From Pseudobdellovibrionaceae bacterium (GTDB taxonomy: Bacteria > Bdellovibrionota > Bdellovibrionia > Bdellovibrionales > Bdellovibrionaceae), in assembly GCA_044359815.1 (NCBI GenBank), contig JBIKLL010000082.1, positions 1-11,511 on the forward strand: 11,511 nucleotides of DNA, in the 5' to 3' direction. Of the stretch, positions 1 through 7,302 are shown one piece after another; within the stretch, counting starts at the first letter, position 1; the number at the start of each line of letters is the position of its first letter. The translations under genes and the position numbers were made by a program. A model generated the notes under the pieces. The model was not told the origin of the DNA. It saw only the letters and a program-made list of their open reading frames with translations, and did not search any database.

Positions 1-21
1 TATTATCACTATTCTTGATTC

Positions 22-546
22 ATGTCGCAACTAGATCCTGAAATTTTACGTGATTTTCAAGCTGAGTCCAAGGACCTGGTTGATCAAATGATCGAGATTC
101 TTGAAAAGTGTGAAGGTGATTTTTCTAAGGTCAAAAGTCTGGAGCAGTACGGGTTGTTTGTGGATCGAATTATGGGCGGTGCTAAATCGCTGGCTATGTC
201 TATCAGTGATAAAAATCATATCATCCACCAAATTGGGGATTATTGTGCGATTTGTAAGGCTGTGGGATATAAGGCTTCACAAATCAAAGACAACGAACAT
301 TTTTATGATGTGGTTGTGGCGTTATTGTTAGATGCATCAGAAATGCTGCCAAAAATGCTGGACCTGGTAGGATCTAATCAAAACCTTAACACAGTTTTAT
401 CAAAAACTTTTGTTGAAAGGGTTAAATGGGTGAGCGAAAAATTTGGTGCTGAATACCGCTCCTCTGTCGAGGTCAACAAAAACGCCCCCAAGAAAATGGA
501 TCAAGGCGACATCGACGACCTGCTGAAAAAGTTAGGATTGGATTAG
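22..546 (+). CDS. Hpt/CheA-P1-like helical protein lacking the canonical His, with CheZ/FliM-like C-terminal peptide
   Basis: N-terminus LDPEILRDFQAESKDLVDQMIEIL resembles CheA P1 helix A (F-x-x-E-x-x-[DE]-L). VDRIMGGA sits where HxxKG is expected. Ends MDQGDIDDLLKKLGLD. Confidence 0.7.
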   Translation: MSQLDPEILRDFQAESKDLVDQMIEILEKCEGDFSKVKSLEQYGLFVDRIMGGAKSLAMSISDKNHIIHQIGDYCAICKAVGYKASQIKDNEHFYDVVVALLLDASEMLPKMLDLVGSNQNLNTVLSKTFVERVKWVSEKFGAEYRSSVEVNKNAPKKMDQGDIDDLLKKLGLD

Positions 547-632
547 GTTTTCGGATTGTCGAAAATATGCATGGATTGATTATCGAATTATCTATGACTT
601 GTTGAAAAAATTAGACTTAGATTGATATTGCC

Positions 633-1253
633 TCAGCAGGAAATCAGAATTTTACCAAGGTCAACTGATCGGGCTCGCTTTGATTTGAGTCGGTACAAAA
701 ACTGGTTAAAAGATTTCAGATATTCTGTTCTGGCAGCATAACCAAGTTCACGCTGACGATGATTGGCTTCGAAATAGGCTTTCAATCCCAGCTCTTCAAA
801 TTTAGTTGTGATAATCCTAGTAAAAGCCAATCCATCCCAAAATCTGCCAAAGGATTTGGATCTGTGCGCCCCTGTGATTTTACGAGCCAAAATAGCTGTG
901 AAAGTTCTAAGGAAATTTTGAAAATTCTGACGGTTTTTAAATCGCACCTTAAGATGCAAATGATTCCCCATATTGACCCATTGAATGATTTCGACAAAAT
1001 ATTTTCTAGATCTATCCTTTAGCAGTTCGGCAGTCAGTGTTTTGTTTTTATAAAAGCTCAATGACCCGATGGCTTTACTGGATTTTAAAACAACGTGATG
1101 AATAGCACCAGGAATTAAGGGTCTGGCAATTTTTCTGCGCTTTTTTAATCTGCTGCCCCCAAAGCTCATGGCTTTGACAAAGCGCAAATCCTGCTGGGGA
1201 ATCAGAGATAGTTGTTGATTATTTTTATGATTTTTTAAATTCATACGGGGCAA
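633..1253 (-). mobile_element. HUH Y1 tyrosine transposase (IS200/IS605 TnpA or REP-associated RAYT-like)
   Basis: N-terminal HHVVLKS strand, HUH motif MGNHLHL (951-965), FW..., and a candidate catalytic Tyr helix LKAYFEAN (Tyr codon 774-776). No tnpB nearby. Start is TTG 1253 or ATG 1244. Confidence 0.8.
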
Positions 1254-1462
1254 TATATTAGTGGCTGTTTAAGTTATCAAAATAATTATGAAAACATGAA
1301 ATTATTTTAATTTATATTTGTCTGTCGGCGTGGCTGAGCACAGAATTTTTTGATCTGTTTGTATGGAATCGTTGTTGTTGAATCAACTAAGCATGGGGTC
1401 TGTTATTATGTTTAAAAACTGATTCAGTTTAAGTGTCTGAGGTTATGATAAAGTTTGTATTG

Positions 1463-1606
1463 TGATCAATTTGTGCGGTGATCAGTCCATACAATGGTCA
1501 ATTTTTGCAGTGATCAGTCCATACAATGGTTAATTTTTGCGGTGATCAGTCCATACAATGGTTAATTTTTGCGGTGATCAGTCCATACAATCATCAATTT
1601 GTGCGA
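1463..1606. repeat. Tandem repeat, 32-bp period, about 4.5 copies (consensus TGRTYAATTTKTGCGGTGATCAGTCCATACAA)
   Basis: Invariant GTGATCAGTCCATACAAT starts at 1478, 1510, 1542 and 1574. ATCAATTTGTGCG occurs at both ends (1465-1477, 1593-1605). No unique spacers. Confidence 0.97.
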
Positions 1607-1823
1607 AGCCAGGCAGTGTATTTATGGGTTTGTTTAGCCATTAATATACCGCCCCTATTTCATGTTTTTATAAGATAAAAATTAAGATTTATATTCCTGA
1701 TACAAATAAGTTAATGCCTTACTTTCTCTTCAGATTTAAATTTTATTCCAGGCATTGTTTAAGTTATTTTAGTTTAACTTAAATTGGAGGCTATTAAAAA
1801 TGATCACTATATAAACGGGCGAC

Positions 1824-1900
1824 TACACAATCAGATCGTAATACGTAGCTACGACGGGTACGCAAACAGATCGCAATACGTTTTGGTAGCTAGGATGAGT
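1824..1900. repeat. Degenerate direct repeat, 35-bp period
   Basis: TACACAATCAGATCGTAATACGT (1824-1846) vs TACGCAAACAGATCGCAATACGT (1859-1881), 20/23 identical. GTAGCTACGACGGGT (1845-1859) vs GTAGCTAGGATGAGT (1886-1900), 12/15. Confidence 0.75.
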
Positions 1901-1927
1901 CGGTAATTGCAATCTAAAACAGAGTAT

Positions 1928-3091
1928 TCAAAGGCTTAATTTATCGTAAACTTCTTGGGCCAATTTTTGCAGCTTAGGGTTTTCAGATTGGGTCAGGGAT
2001 TTGATTTCTGGCAGCAAGTTTTTAATCCCCAGATTTTCGGCAACATACAAAGCATTGCGCTTTAATCCAAAGCCTCCAGCTCTGGACAAAGGAGTCAGCC
2101 TGACAGTCTTTTGAAGCTTTTGATTGCTGCTGGTTAAAATCTCCCTTAACGCTTTTTCAATCGCCAGGTTTTCAGTCACTGAAGTTCCAGTCACTGAAGT
2201 TTCAATCGCAGGGGATTCAATCGGCGGTACCGCCACTGTCCCAGAAAAATCAGTGGTGCCAGCCGATTCGCCCACAGGAACATCACTTTCAAAAGCATCC
2301 GCTCCAGCAGCTGTCGCCCCATAAATCGTCAAAACCTTTTGATTCCAGGGGCAGACATCCTGGCAGATGTCGCAGCCAAAAAATCGATCACTAAACCTGG
2401 CCCGCAAATCTGGCTTAGCAATATCACGGGATTCGATGTTCCAATAAGAAATGCATTTGTTAGCATCCAGCTCACGGACAGTTAAAGCCTGTGTGGGGCA
2501 GGCCTCGATGCACCGATTGCAGTTGCCACAAAAATCATGCACGGGCGTGATTGATTTTTCAGGGCAATCAACCGAACAAAAAATGGTGGCGATAAAACTA
2601 AAACTGCCTTTTTTTGGATGAATCAACATAGTATTTTTACCAATCCAACCCAGTCCCGCTTGGTAAGCCAGATCTCGCTCCAGAACTGGGCCTGAATCAA
2701 CAAAGCTTACAAAAGTCTCTGTCGGGTAAGCGTCCTCAAGCCCGGCCTGACAATGACTCAGTAATTCTTTAAGCACTAAATGGTAATCGGGGTGTTTGGC
2801 GTATTTTGCTATTTTTAGTGGCGACCAAGGATGGGGCTCAAGCGAGCCCTTTAAATAATCAAAACTAAAAACAAACACCGATTTCAGTTTAGGGTCTATG
2901 GCTTTGGGATTTTCTTTGAATCGCAAATGGTCATTCAGGTAATTCATGCCAGCATGTTTGTTTTCAGTCAGCCAGCGTTTGTAAACATCGATGGTCAGGG
3001 GCTTTTGCAATGGCAGCCACTCAAACCCAATGCATTCAAACAAACTAGAATTATTTTTAAGCGCTAATTGCACTATTGCTTTGGCATCCAC
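1928..3091 (-). CDS. queG: tRNA epoxyqueuosine(34) reductase QueG
   Basis: HAGMNYL, IAKYA..DYH, FVDSGPVLER, AGLGWIGKN, and Fe-S motifs CGNCNRCIEACPT, KCISY, GCDICQDVCPWN. GTG at 3091 preferred because the ORF-track start at 3127 would overlap cca. Confidence 0.95.
   Translation of the reverse strand: MDAKAIVQLALKNNSSLFECIGFEWLPLQKPLTIDVYKRWLTENKHAGMNYLNDHLRFKENPKAIDPKLKSVFVFSFDYLKGSLEPHPWSPLKIAKYAKHPDYHLVLKELLSHCQAGLEDAYPTETFVSFVDSGPVLERDLAYQAGLGWIGKNTMLIHPKKGSFSFIATIFCSVDCPEKSITPVHDFCGNCNRCIEACPTQALTVRELDANKCISYWNIESRDIAKPDLRARFSDRFFGCDICQDVCPWNQKVLTIYGATAAGADAFESDVPVGESAGTTDFSGTVAVPPIESPAIETSVTGTSVTENLAIEKALREILTSSNQKLQKTVRLTPLSRAGGFGLKRNALYVAENLGIKNLLPEIKSLTQSENPKLQKLAQEVYDKLSL
2156..2230. 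repeat. Degenerate 15-bp tandem repeat (5 units) inside queG
   Basis: Units start at 2156, 2171, 2186, 2201 and 2216; CAGTCACTGAAGTT is exact at 2173 and 2188. Encodes VPPIE-SPAIE-TSVTG-TSVTE-NLAIE on the minus strand. Confidence 0.85.
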
Positions 3092-3108
3092 GGTTCCATC
3101 GCTATAAT
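3081..3108 (+). promoter_or_regulatory. Candidate sigma70 promoter for cca operon
   Basis: TTGGCA (3081-3086), 16-nt spacer, TATAAT (3103-3108), ending 7 nt before ATG 3116. Confidence 0.55.
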
Positions 3109-3115
3109 TGCATTT

Positions 3116-4336
3116 ATGTCCAGTCAATTGCCGACAGGTATTTCAAAGCAAAAACTTGATCAATTGGGTCAAGATCCTAAATTTGTTACAGCCAAATCCG
3201 TTTGCGAAACACTTTGGGCAAAAGGCTTTAAATGTTATTTTGTCGGAGGCAGTGTCAGGGATATTTTGATTGGACGCTTGGGCAAGGACTATGATTTGGC
3301 CACATCGGCTTTGCCTGAACAAATCGAAGCTGTGTTTCCAAAAACCATAGCTATTGGGAAAGCTTTTGGCATTATAACTGTCATTCAAAATGGAATCCCC
3401 ATAGAGGTCGCAACCTTCAGATCGGAATCAACCTACACTGATGGCAGGCACCCAGAAAAAATCCAATTCACTGATGAAAAGACCGATGCTCTCAGACGGG
3501 ATTTTACAGTAAACGCGTTGTTTTGGGATCCCAGAAATTCTGAGATTATTGATTATGTAAATGGATTATCTGATTTGCAAAATCGCATTTTAAAAACTGT
3601 GGGGGATCCTCAGGCCCGATTTACCGAGGATTATTTGCGACTGATCAGATTGATCAGGTTTCAATCACAATTGGGTTTTGAAATTGAGGCAAAAACCCTG
3701 GAAGCCTTCAATAGCCAATTTATCAAAGCACTGCAGGTTAGCGCCGAAAGACTGACCCAAGAATTTGATGCATTATTAAAAGGTCAGCATTTGCAAGCGG
3801 CATTGACGACCCTGCAATCGTGTCAGTTTTTTCACAAGTTTTTTCAGCTGAGTCAGCCATTGCTGTCACCTCAGAATATTTTTTCGGAGCCGGATTTCAG
3901 ATGGGCGCAGTTTTTAGTGTATGTGAATGTGGCAAACGATCCCGAGCAGATTTTAAAGTTTTTCAAACTTTCCTCGCAGATCAGACAACAAATTGATCAT
4001 TATTTATTTTGGTTTGCACAAAAAAACATCAAGGATTTCCAAAACAGTTGGTTTGAAAAAATATTTAAAACAGGGTCTTTCCAGGGATTGTCAAAAGCTC
4101 ACGAACTGGGTTTAGTTTCAGCAGACTGGTATCAAAATCTTGCCCAGGTTTATCATGCTCATCATAAAACAGCTCCTCAGCCTATTGTGGGATTTAATGA
4201 TCTGCCAGTTCAATATCAAAAGCCTAATCCAGAAACCGGCCTTTTGCTGAAAAGAATCTACTGGATTCAATTAAAGGAATCGATTACAGATAGGGAATTG
4301 TTGATTAAAAAAGGCTTAACGGAAACCAAGCAATGA
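3116..4336 (+). CDS. cca: Class II tRNA nucleotidyltransferase (CCA-adding enzyme family)
   Basis: Motifs VGGSVRD, DYDLAT, EVATFR, loop ESTYTDGRHP, DALRRDFTVNAL, RFTEDYLRLIRLIRF, VSAERL. ATG 3116 preferred over TTG 3068. Confidence 0.92.
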   Translation: MSSQLPTGISKQKLDQLGQDPKFVTAKSVCETLWAKGFKCYFVGGSVRDILIGRLGKDYDLATSALPEQIEAVFPKTIAIGKAFGIITVIQNGIPIEVATFRSESTYTDGRHPEKIQFTDEKTDALRRDFTVNALFWDPRNSEIIDYVNGLSDLQNRILKTVGDPQARFTEDYLRLIRLIRFQSQLGFEIEAKTLEAFNSQFIKALQVSAERLTQEFDALLKGQHLQAALTTLQSCQFFHKFFQLSQPLLSPQNIFSEPDFRWAQFLVYVNVANDPEQILKFFKLSSQIRQQIDHYLFWFAQKNIKDFQNSWFEKIFKTGSFQGLSKAHELGLVSADWYQNLAQVYHAHHKTAPQPIVGFNDLPVQYQKPNPETGLLLKRIYWIQLKESITDRELLIKKGLTETKQ

Positions 4337-4980
4337 CATTACGCAATCGAAACATTTTGTACAGTGCTCGCAGTTGGAAAAGGCTTTCAGCCTATTTTGT
4401 GGATCAATTTATCCTGAATGTGTTTTTAGGACCGTTTTATCTGGGTTTTTTTAAACAAATCCTCAGTGTTGGTGTGGTTAAGATAAGTTTCATTCATGTG
4501 ATGGCTTATTTTATGGTTCAGTTTTTTTATTTTGCCTGTTTTTATTATTTTTTTTCGGCAACACCGGGCAAATGGCTGTTTGGCCTCAGGCTGATTAATA
4601 ACAACACGGGCGACGAACCCACATTGAGCCAGGTTTTTTTAAGGGTTTTGAGCGAATTTCTGTTGGGAGTTTTTGGGATGACTTTTCGATCCTTGGCATT
4701 GTTTCGACTGGACCGCAGACATGTTTCTGACTGGATCGCTGAAACTCGGGTCGTGCAGGTCTACCCAAGGCTTCTGCCACCCAGCAGACGGTGGTTTATA
4801 GGATTGATTATGTTTCTGTATTTCTTCTTTACCTCATTTGGTGCCCAGTATTCGTTGATTCAAAAAAGCCAGCTCAATGGTACTGAGTTAGAGATTTCAA
4901 ATTTTTTATGCGCTCCATTAGGACTCATCGATTGTGATCAGTCTGGTCACAATAGTGGAAGTGATAACGAGACAATATAA
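4333..4980 (+). CDS. RDD family membrane protein
   Basis: WKRLSAYFVD, ATPGKWLFGLR, RRHVSDWIAETRVV, plus hydrophobic segments. ATGA overlap with the cca stop. Confidence 0.9.
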   Translation: MTLRNRNILYSARSWKRLSAYFVDQFILNVFLGPFYLGFFKQILSVGVVKISFIHVMAYFMVQFFYFACFYYFFSATPGKWLFGLRLINNNTGDEPTLSQVFLRVLSEFLLGVFGMTFRSLALFRLDRRHVSDWIAETRVVQVYPRLLPPSRRWFIGLIMFLYFFFTSFGAQYSLIQKSQLNGTELEISNFLCAPLGLIDCDQSGHNSGSDNETI

Positions 4981-6205
4981 ATTACCGAAAACTAAATTTT
5001 CTGATTTTATCAAAAATAAATTAATGCTTATCAAAGTCACTGTAATGGCTAATCCCTTTGCTACAGCAATAACATTTTTGCTCATCACTTGGATCAGCAC
5101 GGCAATGTTTGAATTGTCAGTGGAAGCGCCTGCCGAAAATCATAATATCAATAACGTTGAAGATGCTTTGTGGTGGGGGATAGTGACCTTTCTGACAGTG
5201 GGATACGGTGATAAGTACCCTGTCACCACAGCAGGGCGGATCGCCGCTGCGGGACTAATGATATCTGGAGTGGTCGGAATTGCAGTGATCACAGCGAAAA
5301 TTTCTAGTTTTTTCTTGGAGCGAGCTTTAGCTGAAAGGAGCGGTTTTGTGGACAGCAATACATTAAAAAATCACTTTGTGATTTGCGGCTGGAAAGACGA
5401 AATGATCAAGTTCTTGGGGCAGATTCTGGCCACAAACAAAAACGTCACCGCCGACAAAATTGTTTTAATCAACAATGCTCCTTTAACTGAGATTGAAAAT
5501 ATTTTGAATGATCCCAATCTTAAAAAAGTAAAGGTCATCAGAGGAGATTTTTTTGCTGAGCACACACTGAAGCGGGCCGTTCCTGAAAGAGCTGCAAAAA
5601 TTTTAATCCTAGCCGATGCCTCGCCAGATATGGCGGGTAATATTCCGACTGTCACTGAAGCCGATGCTAGGACGGTGATGACAGCAATGACCCTGGCCAG
5701 TATCGCCAGGGGAACCCCAGTGGTGGCAGAGATTTTAGATCCTGGGATGGATCAGTATCTGCGATTGGCTCAGGTAAATGAAATTATTTATTCCAGGGAT
5801 TATTCGCGGTTGCTGTTGGCACTTTCATCGACGGCCACGGGTTTGACAAATATTTTTCATGATTTACTAAGCCCCCACAGTCCTTATTTTATCACTACCA
5901 TCACGGTGCCAGAAAATATGGTAAACAAAACCTTTGCGGATTTGGTTGAGGGTTTTAAAACGCAGTTTCCCAAAGATTCAGTGATTGGAATTTTAGAAAA
6001 TTCGGGTAATTCGCATTTGATCAAGGAGCTGGCTATCAGAAGAGCTCAGCAAACACCCAACATGGCCCAATTGGTGACAAATCTGCAAGGGGTAAAAACT
6101 CTTAGATTTAATCAACCAAAATTTAATCCACCACCAGATTATATAATCAAAGATGGCAGTATGGCCATTGTGATTGAAGATCGAGGAGAGCAAGCTCATG
6201 TCTGA
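4934..6205 (+). CDS. 2-TM potassium channel with RCK (TrkA-N-like) domain, MthK-like
   Basis: Pore helix DALWWGIVTFL and filter TVGYGD (5195-5212), YPVTTAGR, RCK start HFVICGW, VIRGD, VVAEI. Start uncertain (4934, 4961, 5024 or 5045). Confidence 0.92.
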   Translation: MISLVTIVEVITRQYKLPKTKFSDFIKNKLMLIKVTVMANPFATAITFLLITWISTAMFELSVEAPAENHNINNVEDALWWGIVTFLTVGYGDKYPVTTAGRIAAAGLMISGVVGIAVITAKISSFFLERALAERSGFVDSNTLKNHFVICGWKDEMIKFLGQILATNKNVTADKIVLINNAPLTEIENILNDPNLKKVKVIRGDFFAEHTLKRAVPERAAKILILADASPDMAGNIPTVTEADARTVMTAMTLASIARGTPVVAEILDPGMDQYLRLAQVNEIIYSRDYSRLLLALSSTATGLTNIFHDLLSPHSPYFITTITVPENMVNKTFADLVEGFKTQFPKDSVIGILENSGNSHLIKELAIRRAQQTPNMAQLVTNLQGVKTLRFNQPKFNPPPDYIIKDGSMAIVIEDRGEQAHV

Positions 6206-6692
6206 GGTAGATTATAACATCCTTAAAAAAGTAGCCCTGTTTGACGAGGTAAAATCCAACGATGAAGGGCTTAAGAAATTTTTCTCGATAATGAAAGTCA
6301 CTAAATACAGCGCAGGTCACATTATTATCGAGGAAGGCAAACTGGGCGATGAGTTTTTTATTTTAATCCACGGTCAGGTCAGTGTCTTAAAGCAAACTCC
6401 TGACGGGGAAAGATACAAAGTTGTAATTTTAAAACACGAAACGACTCCGTCCTTGGGCGAAGGCGGTTTGATTGAATCAGAGCCTCGATCAGCCACGGTC
6501 ACCTGTGACGCTGAATGCACATTTTTGGTTTTGACTCAGAGGGATTTTTTAAGATTTTGCGCCGAGAACCCTCAGCTAGCAGTCCCAATCCTGAAAAAGA
6601 TTTCTTCGGGACTAATTAGCAGGCTCAGAAAAATGAATGACGACCTGATGCTTTTGCACAAAGCCTTAATGACCGAAATCCGCGGCCACTAA
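6198..6692 (+). CDS. Stand-alone cyclic nucleotide-binding domain protein (no DNA-binding HTH)
   Basis: LKKVALF, IIEEG..GDEFFILIHGQV, phosphate-binding cassette GEGGLIESEPRSATV, C-helix ISRLRKMN. GAGGAG SD at 6183-6188; ATG 6198 overlaps the channel's 3' end. Confidence 0.9.
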   Translation: MSEVDYNILKKVALFDEVKSNDEGLKKFFSIMKVTKYSAGHIIIEEGKLGDEFFILIHGQVSVLKQTPDGERYKVVILKHETTPSLGEGGLIESEPRSATVTCDAECTFLVLTQRDFLRFCAENPQLAVPILKKISSGLISRLRKMNDDLMLLHKALMTEIRGH

Positions 6693-6707
6693 CACCCATA
6701 AAAATCA

Positions 6708-6755
6708 TTTTTAAATTCAAATCCCCTAAGGATAGGGGATTTGGAAGTTTAAAAA
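6708..6755. terminator. Probable bidirectional intrinsic terminator
   Basis: Perfect 11-bp stem CAAATCCCCTA (6718-6728) / TAGGGGATTTG (6733-6743), 4-nt loop, outer TTTTTAAA/TTTAAAAA, between convergent genes. Confidence 0.75.
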
Positions 6756-6780
6756 TTTGGATTTATGCGCGGTGGTGGTC

Positions 6781-7284
6781 TTAAGTTACGATCAATTGAA
6801 CGTAAAATTTTTCGGAAGAACCTTTAAGCTCAAACGGTACCACCAATGTGGGTGCGTTGTGGGCGTCAGGGATAACGATGTCGCCCTTGATAACCTGGGG
6901 GATCGCCATCTGAAACGAATACCCTTGTTCATTCAGGGTTTTTTTAGCTTCGCCATAGATTTGATTGGTAAACTCACCAACAGCATCCCAAACATCTTTG
7001 GTCAGTTCTTTGTGTTCTTCGCCAAACATGTTCTTTACGATTTTTAATATGGCTGCGGCTTCAAAACAAATCGACAAATGTCCCTTCATACCCCCGGCAG
7101 TCATGCCCAGGGTTCCGGTGACTTCGCCCATTTTTTTAAAGCTTTTTTCGATATAAGGTTTTTTGACGACAACTTCTGTGCAACCGGTGATCGAAATGGT
7201 TGCATTCACGCCATTAACAAAGGCTTGAACGAAATTTTTGTCAAAGATCGGATTATTTTCTGCCAGTTTTAAAGCTGCTCCCAT
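6781..7284 (-). CDS. cheX: Chemotaxis phosphatase CheX family protein
   Basis: FVQAFVNG, EVTGTLGMT..GHLSICF, catalytic DAVGEFTNQIYG (E-x-x-N), MAIPQVIKG. Directly downstream of cheY. Confidence 0.9.
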   Translation of the reverse strand: MGAALKLAENNPIFDKNFVQAFVNGVNATISITGCTEVVVKKPYIEKSFKKMGEVTGTLGMTAGGMKGHLSICFEAAAILKIVKNMFGEEHKELTKDVWDAVGEFTNQIYGEAKKTLNEQGYSFQMAIPQVIKGDIVIPDAHNAPTLVVPFELKGSSEKFYVQLIVT

Positions 7285-7302
7285 GTGTGATTTCCTTTAT
7301 AG

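Noticed and set aside
1463..1606. CRISPR array
   Set aside because: The segments between the invariant 18-mers are only 14 bp and are near-copies of each other, not unique spacers. No cas genes in the window.
1254..1927. Replication origin
   Set aside because: AT-rich with GATC sites and iterated repeats, but I found no clear DnaA boxes (TTATCCACA) and no dnaA or rep gene adjacent.
3116..4336. Poly(A) polymerase PcnB
   Set aside because: The diagnostic region reads IGKAFGIITV rather than G[RK]RFxxxH[VL], so tRNA nucleotidyltransferase is favoured. CCA- versus A-adding specificity cannot be settled by eye.
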